Counted from the first letter of the stretch, positions 18,920 through 28,416 are shown. The stretch is 64,000 nucleotides of DNA from an uncultured Rickettsiales bacterium (GCA_964624555.1 CAZUXB010000004.1:5825-69824); one strand, 5' to 3'. Made by a program: numbers and translations. The notes: generated by a model not told the origin, from the sequence alone.

Positions 18920-20887
18920 ATGCACAGTCACGGCCTTAGTGATCAACAGAAGAAATTTTACCTGCAAGCTGTGCTGGCAGGTACGGCGGAGATGTTAGGG
19001 GCAAAAAATCCTAATGCTATTTCCGATCTCGCGGTGCAGGCCACCAGTAATCCATATGAACGCCTTGATCGGCGAGGCAACCGAATCCGTAATTTTCATA
19101 CCTTCGGCCATGTCACGCGCTCGGCGGAAGAAGTTTACCCGGAAATGGAACAGGTGCGTAAATATGTTGAAGATTATGTAAGACGGAATGAAACAGCGCT
19201 TAAAATGCTTCCAACAGATAACCGCAACCAGACACTGGCGGGAGTATATGTGGAAGCTTCGTTGCAGGCATTTGGTTTTAATGCTGATTGTGGTGGGGTG
19301 CCGGTAGAGATAATTTTGCGTGGAATGGCGAACAAACCCGGTTTTAAAAAGATGTTTGATGCCGCCGGCCTGAACCGGACGGGCATAATGCATGACCTTG
19401 TATACTATGTTGATAAAACTCCCGAGCCGCAGTGGCTTGAATATATTACCAAAGGTAATAATGCCCTGCTTAAGCTGTCGGATGATGGCAAGAATCTGGA
19501 GTGGAACGAGCGCGGCAAAGCTACCATGCTGTATAAGTTGCTGGCGCCGATGGAAGGCAAGGACAAGCCCTTTGATCTGGAAGCACCGTGCGGGGCTCTT
19601 GGCCCTTATCCGTTAGATTTATCAAAGGTGATGGTATATGGCGAGTTATTGAGCGCGGTGACGGCTGCCCAGCATGATCTCGACCAGGGTATGCCGAAAA
19701 AAGAGCAGTTGCGCCGGGCGGTTGAGATAATAGGAACCTATTTCTGTAAATCGGAAAGTTTTAGCGATGAACTGTTTGACCGTTTTAATAAACTGGGAAA
19801 CACTTTGGGTATGTCTGGTAATGAGATAGTTCATGATTATGAAGTTGCCATAAGTTTTCCCAACAAGTTCGACATTGGGGCATTCAAGGGTATTGGTGAA
19901 GGGCTGGAGTCCGGGATCCATGCCAAGTCACGTTTTGTTGATGAGCTGGAGCCTAACCCTGCCAACCGTGATCTGGCAACAGTTACCGACTTTGACCGCG
20001 CCAATATGGGCGCAGCGTGGTTCAACCGTGATATTGTCCTTGTCGGGTTGATAAAGGGGCTGGAATTGCAGCTTGCTGATGACAGGGTGCCACCGGCACT
20101 ACATACACGCATCAAAGAATTTCTGGCTCCCTATAGGGGGGATGACGGCAAAATAGATGGCGAAAAACTCGACAGGGAATTTGGTTCAGGTACCGCTAAG
20201 TCCTATGAATCAGTTAAACCGCTGGAGATATTCCGCAGCCTGCCACGGGCGGTGTCAAATGGGCACTCGCCCAATAATTATGTGGTCGGTGATACGAAGG
20301 GTAACGGAATCGACATACTTAATGTTACCAAGCTGGAAGCCAATTTTCGGGCGGCAGAGTTATGTGCGGAGAACGTAAGGGCATTGCAGGCGATAGCGGC
20401 TACGGAAATGCTGGTGGGTGCGTTGTTACATAAGGAAGGAATGTCTGATACGCCAACATGGGAGCTTAATATCCAGCCTTTGAAGCTAGATGGCAAAACG
20501 CCGGCTGGTGGTTTAAATGCAAATGTCATGCAGCGGCTTAAAGAGCCGGAAACAATGGTTGATATTTTTGGGGAAGACAGGCCGGCAGGACATCCTAATA
20601 ACAAGATAGCCGCATCGTTACTGGAATTGGTGGGGCACGAAAAAATGGCCGAGCTTGCTTCCTTGCAGGCAAAGATCGTAATGGGCGCCAAGCCTGCCGA
20701 TACTGATGCGCGGAGGAAGGCGTTGGTGGATAGTGCAGATGAGATAATTAGCAAAGCTGAACAGGTGTTTGGCAATGAGGTTGTAGAACAATTAAGGCAA
20801 AATGTGCATAAGGCGGTTGAAAGTAGGGATGTTCCAACACAAATAGACAATGCATCCATAGCGCCCATGAAAAGGGAACGGGGTTGA
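18920..20887 (+). CDS. Hypothetical protein (655 aa), no family recognised
   Basis: Long ORF with protein-like composition. Its stop overlaps the next start (ATGA). Confidence 0.7.
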   Translation: MHSHGLSDQQKKFYLQAVLAGTAEMLGAKNPNAISDLAVQATSNPYERLDRRGNRIRNFHTFGHVTRSAEEVYPEMEQVRKYVEDYVRRNETALKMLPTDNRNQTLAGVYVEASLQAFGFNADCGGVPVEIILRGMANKPGFKKMFDAAGLNRTGIMHDLVYYVDKTPEPQWLEYITKGNNALLKLSDDGKNLEWNERGKATMLYKLLAPMEGKDKPFDLEAPCGALGPYPLDLSKVMVYGELLSAVTAAQHDLDQGMPKKEQLRRAVEIIGTYFCKSESFSDELFDRFNKLGNTLGMSGNEIVHDYEVAISFPNKFDIGAFKGIGEGLESGIHAKSRFVDELEPNPANRDLATVTDFDRANMGAAWFNRDIVLVGLIKGLELQLADDRVPPALHTRIKEFLAPYRGDDGKIDGEKLDREFGSGTAKSYESVKPLEIFRSLPRAVSNGHSPNNYVVGDTKGNGIDILNVTKLEANFRAAELCAENVRALQAIAATEMLVGALLHKEGMSDTPTWELNIQPLKLDGKTPAGGLNANVMQRLKEPETMVDIFGEDRPAGHPNNKIAASLLELVGHEKMAELASLQAKIVMGAKPADTDARRKALVDSADEIISKAEQVFGNEVVEQLRQNVHKAVESRDVPTQIDNASIAPMKRERG

Positions 20888-21144
20888 TGGGGAAGGGCTT
20901 TACCGCAATTCTCGCCGACGAGCCGGGACGGGGGATATTCCTGGTGAACGGCATGAATAACGGCAAAGAGTTGTGGCACTATGTGCGGGTGCCGCCGGAG
21001 AAGGTTATGGTCTTTAAAAGCGCGGTGCGTAAAGGATCCCTTGATGTTAGCAAATTTGGCGAGGTCCTGTTTTCCGGTTGGGGAAAGGAACCGCCAAAAG
21101 AGATACAACAAAAAATCAAAAATTTTCGGCGCAATAAAGATTAG
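20884..21144 (+). CDS. Hypothetical small protein (86 aa), translationally coupled to the 655-aa ORF
   Basis: 4-nt ATGA overlap with the upstream ORF. GKELWHYVRVPPEKVMVFKSAVRKGSLDVSKFGEVLFSGWGKEPP. Its stop codon interdigitates with the spoT stop (TTAG). Confidence 0.55.
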   Translation: MMGKGFTAILADEPGRGIFLVNGMNNGKELWHYVRVPPEKVMVFKSAVRKGSLDVSKFGEVLFSGWGKEPPKEIQQKIKNFRRNKD

Positions 21145-23300
21145 GTCTGCCAGCGTTCTACGCTCTGCACCACCTCTTTGCTGCGCAGATTGGCGATGAT
21201 GTTGTTTAAGTGGCGGAGGTCGCGCACCTCAATGTCTATGAGCATTTCAAAGAAATCCATTGAGCGGTTGGTTATCTTGAAGTTGCTTATATTGCCGTTC
21301 TCGCGGGCGATGACGTTGGTGACCGTGGCCATAGCTGCCGGTTCGTTGCTGATATTGAGCCGGAGCCTGCCGATGTGCCCGGATTCGTTCTGGTCGCGTT
21401 CCCAGGCTACGTCTATCCAGCGTTCCGGGGAATCGGCATAGTTTTCCAGAGTTTCGCAATCCATGGTGTGGATGGTCACGCCCTTGCCGGTGGTGACGAT
21501 ACCAACGATACGGTCCCCGGGTATGGGGTGGCAGCAACCAGCGAAGTGGATGGCCATGCCTGATATCAGGCCTTTGATCGGCATTGGTGCCGCGCTGCTT
21601 TCCTTCTTTTTGCGGAAAGGATTGGGTAGGCTTGAGAGCATCGAGGTAACGCCGCTTACCGGCTGCGGTTTTTTGTGGCCGAGCACGATTTCCGCCACCT
21701 GCTGGCGGCTTATCACACCTTCGCCGACCTCGGCTATCACATCCTCAACGGTTTTTTTGTTGAAGGCGGGCAGATGCGGTTCGATCATCTTTTCGCTAAA
21801 TTCTTCGCCTTCCTGTTTGAAGGTCTTGGTAAGAATCGCCGTGCCCAGCGTGATATACTCCGCCCGCTGCGACACACGTACGAATTTGCGTATCTCGCTG
21901 CGCGCTTTGCCGGTGACCACGAAACGCTCCCAGCTTGGGGAAGGGGTCTGGGTTTTACTCGTTATTATCTCCACCTGGTCGCCGTTTTTAAGCTGGGTGC
22001 GCAGGGGAACAATACGCCCGTTTATCTTCGCACCAACACAGGTATCGCCCACGCCGGAGTGGATACCATAGGCAAAATCCACCGGCGTAGCGCCGCGCGG
22101 GAAGGCGATGATATCGCCCTTGGGAGTGAAGCAGAATACCTGATCCTGATACATTTCGAGCTTAGTATTTTCGAGGAATTCTTCCGGGTTTTCCGACTGG
22201 TCGAGAATCTCCAGAAGCTCGCGTATCCAGCGCAGTTTTTTGCCATCTTTGCCGGCATTGGCCCCCTGTTTATACGACCAGTGTGCAGCCAGACCATACT
22301 CGGCGATTTCGTCCATATCGTGGGTGCGGATCTGTATCTCCACGCTCTGCTGGGCAGGCCCGAGAACAGCGGTGTGTATCGACTGGTAGCCGTTGGATTT
22401 GGGCGTGGAGATATAATCCTTGAAGCGGCCCGGTATGGTGTGCCACTCGGCATGGACAACACCTAATGCCTGATAACATTCCGCGATGCTATCAACCGTT
22501 ATGCGGAAAGCAACGATATCGGAAAGCTGTTCAAAGGCTATCTGTTTGCGCTCCATTTTTTTCCAGATGGAAAACGGTTTTTTCTCACGGCCGGTGATAA
22601 CAGCATTGGGAAGTCCGGCTTCGGTGAGTTTTTCGCGCAGCGTCGACATGGTCTTTTCTACCTCGGCGGCGCCCTGTTCGCGCAGGAACTGCATGCGGGT
22701 GACAATAGATTCGCGCGCCTCAGGATATAATTCAGCAAAGGCAAGGTCCTGCAATTCTTCCTTGATGGTGCGCATCCCGATACGCTCGGCAAGGGCCGCG
22801 TAAATTTCCAGAGTTTCGCGGGCGATGCGCTGGCGTTTTTCAGGTTTCTTAATGTGCGACAGCGTTTCCATATTGTGCAGGCGGTCGGCAAGTTTCACCA
22901 GCAGCACGCGCAGATCTTCGCTCATGGCAATAAGCAGTTTGCGGAAATTCTCCGCCTGCTTCATGTTCTCGGATTTGCCTTCAAGGCGCGATAATTTAGT
23001 TACGCCATCGACAAGGCCGCGGATTTCCTTGCCGAAATTGGCTTCTATGGAATCGAGCGTGGCGTCGGTATCTTCTACAGTGTCATGGAGCAGGGCGGTG
23101 ACTATCGAAGCACCGTCAAGTTTGTATTTGGTAAGGCTATAGGCAACCTCAATAGGATGCGAAAAATACAATTCGCCCGAGGCGCGTTGCTGCGTCCCAT
23201 GCGCCTTCAACCCAAACGCATAGGCCCGCTTTATAAGGTCGGCATCAACATTCGGGTCGTAAGACCGGATTTTTTCAATTAGGGCATCTTCACTGATCAT
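21141..23300 (-). CDS. spoT: Bifunctional (p)ppGpp synthetase/hydrolase (RelA/SpoT homologue)
   Basis: HD hydrolase HPIEVA...LHDTVEDT, synthetase YQSIHTAV...EIQIRT, and TGS and ACT regions; 719 aa. Confidence 0.95.
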   Translation of the reverse strand: MISEDALIEKIRSYDPNVDADLIKRAYAFGLKAHGTQQRASGELYFSHPIEVAYSLTKYKLDGASIVTALLHDTVEDTDATLDSIEANFGKEIRGLVDGVTKLSRLEGKSENMKQAENFRKLLIAMSEDLRVLLVKLADRLHNMETLSHIKKPEKRQRIARETLEIYAALAERIGMRTIKEELQDLAFAELYPEARESIVTRMQFLREQGAAEVEKTMSTLREKLTEAGLPNAVITGREKKPFSIWKKMERKQIAFEQLSDIVAFRITVDSIAECYQALGVVHAEWHTIPGRFKDYISTPKSNGYQSIHTAVLGPAQQSVEIQIRTHDMDEIAEYGLAAHWSYKQGANAGKDGKKLRWIRELLEILDQSENPEEFLENTKLEMYQDQVFCFTPKGDIIAFPRGATPVDFAYGIHSGVGDTCVGAKINGRIVPLRTQLKNGDQVEIITSKTQTPSPSWERFVVTGKARSEIRKFVRVSQRAEYITLGTAILTKTFKQEGEEFSEKMIEPHLPAFNKKTVEDVIAEVGEGVISRQQVAEIVLGHKKPQPVSGVTSMLSSLPNPFRKKKESSAAPMPIKGLISGMAIHFAGCCHPIPGDRIVGIVTTGKGVTIHTMDCETLENYADSPERWIDVAWERDQNESGHIGRLRLNISNEPAAMATVTNVIARENGNISNFKITNRSMDFFEMLIDIEVRDLRHLNNIIANLRSKEVVQSVERWQT

Positions 23301-23335
23301 CCCGCCAGTTTATCATAAAAAACAAGGCATTACAA

Positions 23336-23399
23336 TCGATAACTCGAGAACTAGAGGACCCGATTACTCGAATTCTCTAGTCCTCGAATCCTCTAATTC
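23336..23399. repeat. Array of eight degenerate octamers (TCGAGGAC family), self-complementary halves
   Basis: tcgataac tcgagaac tagaggac ccgattac | tcgaattc tctagtcc tcgaatcc tctaattc. Homologous to 53125-53217 and 53935-54003. Confidence 0.7.
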
Positions 23400-23620
23400 A
23401 AAACTCTGTGTGGCCAGATACTCAACGGTTTAGGACTTGTTAACTACACGGACAGGTTCTCCTGCCCGCACGGGTTTGCATAAAAGGTGAAGCGTAACCA
23501 ACGCCGCACCAGTTTCCATAGCCTCACACCGTACAGCCTGATTAAGGCGGTGTTGTGTTATCTATAGTTTCAATTCAACTCTACGGGTTAGACGTATAAT
23601 TTTCGTCATTGCTCACAACT

Positions 23621-23716
23621 TCTTCTCCCTCTCCCCTTGCGGGAGAGGGTCGGGGTGAGGGGTATGTCATAAAACTTACCCCCCATCCTAACCTTCCCCC
23701 GCAAGGGGGGAAGGGA
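23621..23716. repeat. Three-stem ~95-nt palindromic element, copy
   Basis: tcttctccctctcccc-ttgc-gggagaggg, then tcggggtgagggg ... ccccccatcctaacc, then ttccccc-gcaa-ggggggaagg. Confidence 0.8.
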
Positions 23717-23971
23717 TTTATGGAGTATGCAATGACGGAATTGATATACGCAATCAACCCCGCAGGATGAGTCCAGATGTCGCGCCGATCCGTTCGGCTT
23801 TCCATGGAATATCTGACCACATTACTCTTCATCTTTCCGAGCATTGGCGTTGTTAGCCATTGGCTCGTGTATTAAGTATACACGTCGCCTTGGCTGCCTA
23901 GCCACTGCTCGAAAATACTCGAGTAATCCCAGAGTATGGGAGAACAAAATGGTCGGGAAGGGGCTTTTTTT

Positions 23972-24038
23972 AGTTACTAGTTACCGGTTACTAGCTACCA
24001 GAAAAATACTCGTAACTGGTAACACGTAACTGGTAACT
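23972..24038. repeat. Tandem-heptamer hairpin (AGTTACn / nGTAACT family), downstream of pilin gene 1
   Basis: Left arm agttact agttacc ggttact agctacc ag. Right arm ctcgtaactggtaacacgtaactggtaact. 24/30 complementary, 7-nt loop. Homologous to 39260-39333. Confidence 0.8.
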
Positions 24039-24137
24039 TGCTGATTACACCAAATTCTTATTGAGTTTAGTATTGCCGGTTTCGGCCGGATTCAGCAACA
24101 ATTCGTAATGTGCGGCACCGGCCAAGGGGAGCCGTTG

Positions 24138-25184
24138 CTACTGGAATTTAATGGATAGCTCACAATTTTTTTGATCTGAATTGTACAGTGAATATTTAAT
24201 GGTCACGCCGGGTACGCCGCCATTGTCAAAGCAGCTACCAGAATACGGATACATAGCAGGATTTGGAAGAGTCATAGCATTAAGGCTTGTCCATGTTTCC
24301 CCAATGCCACCCGAAGCAGTAGCAGCAAGATAGCGGTCTTCAATCATCAAAATAGTTCTCCATAAATACAGTACATTTACATTTCCTGTAAAAGGCAGCC
24401 CATCATCGATCTTATTATCGATGTTATATGCTTGTTGTACTGATAATGAACGTGGATTTGACGAAGAGCCTGAAACAGTTACTATGGTTCCATTGGCGCC
24501 TACGGAAGCTGGTGCAGCCAAACCCGATATACCAAAATAGTTTTTTCTATCTTTCAATAATGTACTTATTCCATCATTATAGACATACACATAAATGCTG
24601 TTTCCTATTACGGCTCTGGGAAGCAAGCTGCTAATGGACGGTGAAGATGCCTCAGTTAATACTCCTGGCAGGCCAGAGCTTGCACTAGCAAAAAGGCTGA
24701 AATTGCCACCTATAAGTTTTGCCGCGCTCAAATCTTGCCAGAAGAGACCATTTTCCCCATCTGAACATAAGAAACAGGAGCTTCCCTGCATAATACCATC
24801 GTCATTACCTGTACCTGCGGTTCCTCCCCTCGCTACAAAACCAAATCCGCTAGCAGTTGGGTCTGGTATGTCTCCTGGCAGGGAACCATACTTGACCTTG
24901 AACGTATTAACGGCCGTTTGGTATTTTTCAATCTGGCTTATCTGTGCTCTGATTTCTGCGGAACTTATGAGATCACGACCCACCAGCACCCCGCCCACCA
25001 GCAGGCCAATGATTACCAGCACAATCGCCAGTTCAACAAGGGTAAATCCTCTTGTCACCCCGCACGTGGTTAGCGGTGGTCTGGAGCTACAATTTATGAC
25101 AGTGGTTTTATCACCGGATACCGCAACAAGTGCGGTATGACAGGAATTGCAACCTGAAGTTGAGGGGGGGGGTAATATTTTCAT
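24138..25184 (-). CDS. Prepilin-type N-terminal cleavage/methylation-domain protein (type IV pilin / pseudopilin-like), paralogue 1
   Basis: RG|FTLVELAIVLVIIGLLVGG motif. The N-terminus MKILPPP matches paralogue 2 (MILPPL), but the leader is 46 aa. An alternative in-frame GTG at 25058 would give MTRG|FTLVEL. Confidence 0.8.
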   Translation of the reverse strand: MKILPPPSTSGCNSCHTALVAVSGDKTTVINCSSRPPLTTCGVTRGFTLVELAIVLVIIGLLVGGVLVGRDLISSAEIRAQISQIEKYQTAVNTFKVKYGSLPGDIPDPTASGFGFVARGGTAGTGNDDGIMQGSSCFLCSDGENGLFWQDLSAAKLIGGNFSLFASASSGLPGVLTEASSPSISSLLPRAVIGNSIYVYVYNDGISTLLKDRKNYFGISGLAAPASVGANGTIVTVSGSSSNPRSLSVQQAYNIDNKIDDGLPFTGNVNVLYLWRTILMIEDRYLAATASGGIGETWTSLNAMTLPNPAMYPYSGSCFDNGGVPGVTIKYSLYNSDQKNCELSIKFQ

Positions 25185-25218
25185 GGATTACTTTTATTTT
25201 TTTGTTTTTGTTAAGCTA

Positions 25219-25247
25219 TTTGTAACTAAAGCAAGGATACTTGGCAA
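25219..25247 (-). promoter_or_regulatory. Sigma-70-like promoter conserved between the two pilin paralogues
   Basis: Minus strand reads TTGCCA (25247-25242), 17-nt spacer, TACAAA (25224-25219). The surrounding ~35-nt block is near-identical to 51798-51830. Confidence 0.5.
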
Positions 25248-25258
25248 TGCAAAAGGAC

Positions 25259-27106
25259 TTACACCAAATTCTTATTGAGCTTCGCGCTGCCCGTTTCGGC
25301 GGGGTTGAGCAGCAGTTCGTAGTGTGCCGCGCCTGCCGGGATCATCGGATACACGTTCTCGTTCTGGTCAACCAGCATGTCCACTATCACCGGGCCTTTA
25401 TGCGCGATCATTTCCTTGATGGTGGCATCGACATTTTCAACCTTATCGCAACGCAGGCCCTTCATGCCGTAAGCTTCGGCGAGCTTCACGAAATCGGGCA
25501 GGGAATCCATGTAGGATTCGCTGTAACGGTTGCCGTGGAACATCTCCTGCCACTGGCGTACCATGCCCATATAGCGGTTGTTGAGGATAAAAATTTTCAG
25601 CGGCAGACGGTATTGCATGATGGTGGAAAGTTCCTGAATGTTCATAAGCACTGAGGCTTCACCGCTCACACACACCACGAGGTCATCAGGATGCGCGATC
25701 TGCACACCCACCGCCGCCGGAACGCCATAACCCATAGTGCCTAAGCCACCGGAGGTAAGCCAGTGGTGCGGTTTATCGTACTTCAAAAACTGCGCTGCCC
25801 ACATCTGGTGCTGGCCGACATCTGTTGTTACGAAGGTGTTATGTTTTTTGGTAAGTTCGTTTAGGCGGTCGAGCGCGTATTGCGGTTTGATTATTTTATC
25901 ATCCTGCTTATAGGAAAAACTTTTGCGCGCGCGCCATGTTTCAATCTTGTCCCACCAGCCTTCGCAAGCAGGGCGCGCGATGGCTGTCGCGCCGGAGCCT
26001 GATTCAGGCGAAGGCGGGCTGTCGCCGCTTGCTTCGGCTCGGCAAGCCATTGGGAAGTGCTCCTTCCATAATCTGAGCATCTGCTCCACCACCGCGCCGG
26101 CATCGCCGATGATCGGCACATGCACACGCACCACCTTGTTGATGGAGGAGGCATCAATATCCACGTGTATCTTTTTCGAGTTCAGCGAAAACGCATCGAG
26201 GCGGCCAGTCACGCGGTCGTCAAAACGCGCACCAATGTTTATCATCACATCGCATTCGGCCATGCACATATTGGCTTCGAGGGAACCGTGCATACCAAGC
26301 ATGCCCACGAATTGCGGGTCGTTACCCGGAAATGCGCCAAGGCCCATCAGGGTAGTGGTGCAGGGGAAACCAGTCAGGTGCACCAGCTCAGTGAGCAGCT
26401 TGCAGGCTTTCTCACCGGAATTGATGAGGCCGCCGCCGACATAGAATATCGGGCGTTTTGCCGTTGCCATCAGCGCTACCGCTTTTTCAATTTGCGAAAT
26501 ATCCGGCTTCGGAATCGGCTTGAATGAGGGGCGGTTCACTTCCACTTTTTCGGTATAACTGCCCATGCTGTTCATGATGTTTTTGGGTATATCGATAACC
26601 ACCGGGCCGGGACGTCCTGAACGTGCGACATGGAATGCCTCGTGCACGATGCGCGGCAGGTCGGCTATATCACGCACAAGGTAGTTATGCTTGGTGCAGG
26701 AACGGGTGATTCCAGTTGTATCCGCTTCCTGAAAGGCATCGGAACCGATGAGATGGGTAGGCACCTGACCGGTGATGCAGACTAATGGAATCGAATCAAG
26801 CATCGCATCGGTAAGGCCGGTGACCGCGTTGGTAGCGCCGGGGCCGGAGGTAACCAGCACCACGCCGACCTTGCCGGTAGAACGTGCATAACCTTCCGCC
26901 GCATGGGTTGCAGCCTGCTCATGGCGCACGAGTACATGGCGCAACTGGTTCTGTTTGAATATCGCGTCATAGACCGGCAGCACCGCACCACCAGGATAAC
27001 CGAAGATGGTATCCACCCCTTCATTGATGATGGCTTTGACGATGATCTCAGCCCCCACCATTTCAGAATTGGTTGCTTCCATAGGTTTAGTTTTTGCCTG
27101 TGTCAT
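25259..27106 (-). CDS. ilvB: Acetolactate synthase (AHAS) large subunit
   Basis: GYPGGAVLPVYDA, HEQAATHAAEGYAR, GPGATN and a ThDP-binding C-terminal domain; 615 aa. Contains an extra GC-rich ~25-30-aa segment (see findings). Confidence 0.93.
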   Translation of the reverse strand: MTQAKTKPMEATNSEMVGAEIIVKAIINEGVDTIFGYPGGAVLPVYDAIFKQNQLRHVLVRHEQAATHAAEGYARSTGKVGVVLVTSGPGATNAVTGLTDAMLDSIPLVCITGQVPTHLIGSDAFQEADTTGITRSCTKHNYLVRDIADLPRIVHEAFHVARSGRPGPVVIDIPKNIMNSMGSYTEKVEVNRPSFKPIPKPDISQIEKAVALMATAKRPIFYVGGGLINSGEKACKLLTELVHLTGFPCTTTLMGLGAFPGNDPQFVGMLGMHGSLEANMCMAECDVMINIGARFDDRVTGRLDAFSLNSKKIHVDIDASSINKVVRVHVPIIGDAGAVVEQMLRLWKEHFPMACRAEASGDSPPSPESGSGATAIARPACEGWWDKIETWRARKSFSYKQDDKIIKPQYALDRLNELTKKHNTFVTTDVGQHQMWAAQFLKYDKPHHWLTSGGLGTMGYGVPAAVGVQIAHPDDLVVCVSGEASVLMNIQELSTIMQYRLPLKIFILNNRYMGMVRQWQEMFHGNRYSESYMDSLPDFVKLAEAYGMKGLRCDKVENVDATIKEMIAHKGPVIVDMLVDQNENVYPMIPAGAAHYELLLNPAETGSAKLNKNLV

Positions 27107-27118
27107 AAATTTCCATAA

Positions 27119-27243
27119 ACACCCTCTCCCTCTGGGAGAGGATTCCTTAAAACTCCCTCTCCCTCCGGGAGAGGGCTGGGGTGAGGGCTAAGTAATATAT
27201 AGAACAAAGCCCTCATCCTAACCTTCTCCCAAAGGGAGAAGTG
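27119..27243. repeat. Three-stem palindromic element, copy with an extra leading hairpin
   Basis: ccctctccc-tct-gggagagg, then ctccctctccc-tcc-gggagaggg, then ctggggtgagggct...agccctcatcctaacc, then ttctccc-aaa-gggagaag. Confidence 0.8.
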
Positions 27244-27302
27244 AAAAGATTGTAAAAAAGACAGGAATGCTAACGTTTTTAGCGGATTCGGTCAATAGCT
27301 TA

Positions 27303-28379
27303 TCAGTGTGGCGCGATACTTATTTGACCATGTCTGGATGGGTTCTGACTTTGGATTGCACCCATGAATGTATCATGGAACCCTTCATCTTCCGGGAGCA
27401 TTATCTTTGGAGAAGGAACAATGATACCGCCCTGTGCACGCAGAGGGTCGGTTATTATTTGCTTAGCAGGACGTTTTGTTCCAAGTTGGTCTCTGCCAAA
27501 CCTTTTTTCCAACATGCCGCGGACGACTTTTTCAGCCTCTTCGCGGTCATCGGCCTGTGGTATACCGCCGCTGATAGTAGCGGCATATTTTTTGGATGGG
27601 ATCTTATCATTAGCCTCATCTTTTTGGGCGGCGGTGACAGAAAAATGGATAAGTTTGTCGACCTCTTCCTTGCGGGTGCTGGCTATCTCGCCTTCGGGAA
27701 GCTTGGTAAGTAACTCGGCACAGCCCATAGCTGCCGATACCTGAACGGGAGCTTCCACATGGGTATGGTCATCCTTACAGATACAGCCAATATTTGGATC
27801 GGTATTAAGGCTGTCCCTAGCCATTTGCTCCAGTATTGGGCGGAGTCTGGCCTTGGCCTCTTCCGGGGTACATTCTTTCATGATGATGCCGAACTCATCG
27901 CCGCCGAAACGGGCGAAAATATCACCTTCCGGAGAACGTGGGCGCCCTGCCTGATTTGGCTTGCGCAGCCTTTTAGTAATATAATCTGACATGTATTTTA
28001 TGGCCCTGTCACCACCATTGCCGTAGCTTATGTTATTAAGCTGCTTAAGGTAGTTGAGGTCTAAGAATACAATGGTTGTTGGTTTCAGGTCTGCCTCTGC
28101 ACCTTCGGCATAGGTATCGGTATAATTCTTATTGGCAAGATGGCGTAGCGCCGAATCGAACGCATTGCGATTGAGCTTGCCGCTGGCCGGGTCGATAAAG
28201 GCTTCTCTCTCTGTTTTCCTTAATTCGTCGGCTACACCTTTGATTATCTGAAGCAGCTCTTTCTTATCATCGGGAATATCACTTTCATTCTGTATCTGCA
28301 TGGTCGCAGTGACAGCCCCTTCGCGCGGGAAGGCGGTGGTACGAAATAAATCAATGGTTTTCTGTATCAGGTCTATCAT
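27303..28379 (-). CDS. GGDEF-domain protein (putative diguanylate cyclase) with a C-terminal extension
   Basis: ARFGGDEFGIIM active-site motif, preceded by IVFLDLNYLKQLNN. Confidence 0.8.
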   Translation of the reverse strand: MIDLIQKTIDLFRTTAFPREGAVTATMQIQNESDIPDDKKELLQIIKGVADELRKTEREAFIDPASGKLNRNAFDSALRHLANKNYTDTYAEGAEADLKPTTIVFLDLNYLKQLNNISYGNGGDRAIKYMSDYITKRLRKPNQAGRPRSPEGDIFARFGGDEFGIIMKECTPEEAKARLRPILEQMARDSLNTDPNIGCICKDDHTHVEAPVQVSAAMGCAELLTKLPEGEIASTRKEEVDKLIHFSVTAAQKDEANDKIPSKKYAATISGGIPQADDREEAEKVVRGMLEKRFGRDQLGTKRPAKQIITDPLRAQGGIIVPSPKIMLPEDEGFHDTFMGAIQSQNPSRHGQISIAPH

Positions 28380-28416
28380 AGGTAGCTATTGAGTTGGGGG
28401 AGATCGGTTACCATAT

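Noticed and set aside
20278-21111. 277-aa minus-strand ORF
   Set aside because: It is antisense to the 655-aa and 86-aa ORFs and spans their junction. Its Ser/Ala/Leu/Cys-rich composition is typical of shadow ORFs.
21463-22466. Plus-strand ORFs of 202 and 263 aa inside spoT; similar long antisense ORFs at 15534-16151, 24595-25140, 25923-26527, 30220-30891, 31591-32328, 37755-38252, 38454-39086, 45303-45908 and 58814-59425
   Set aside because: Each lies opposite a confidently identified conserved gene (spoT, pilin, ilvB, nusA, infB, pnp, sbp, pccA) or a longer ORF, and has no recognisable motifs. They are shadow ORFs in GC-richer DNA.
23401-23580. Possible small RNA gene in the long non-coding stretch upstream of spoT (checked against remembered SRP/4.5S, tmRNA and RNase P core motifs)
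   Set aside because: None of the conserved motifs I remember (for example GGUCCGGAAGGAAGCAGC of SRP RNA) is present on either strand. I cannot support an ncRNA call.
23581-23844. Track ORFs 23581-23844, 27006-27191, 35822-36016, 40154-40441 and 63683-63886
   Set aside because: Their sequences (PSPRPSPARGEGE, PLPPGEGWGEG, PSPHPAPLPRGEGEE and similar) are translations of the three-stem palindromic element, not genes.
25219-25260. Sigma-54 promoter in the conserved TTGGCAATG block upstream of both pilin genes
   Set aside because: The GG-N10-GC spacing is not satisfied, and the plus-strand orientation points away from the genes. Read on the gene strand, the block fits a sigma-70 TTGCCA-17-TAnAAA promoter instead.
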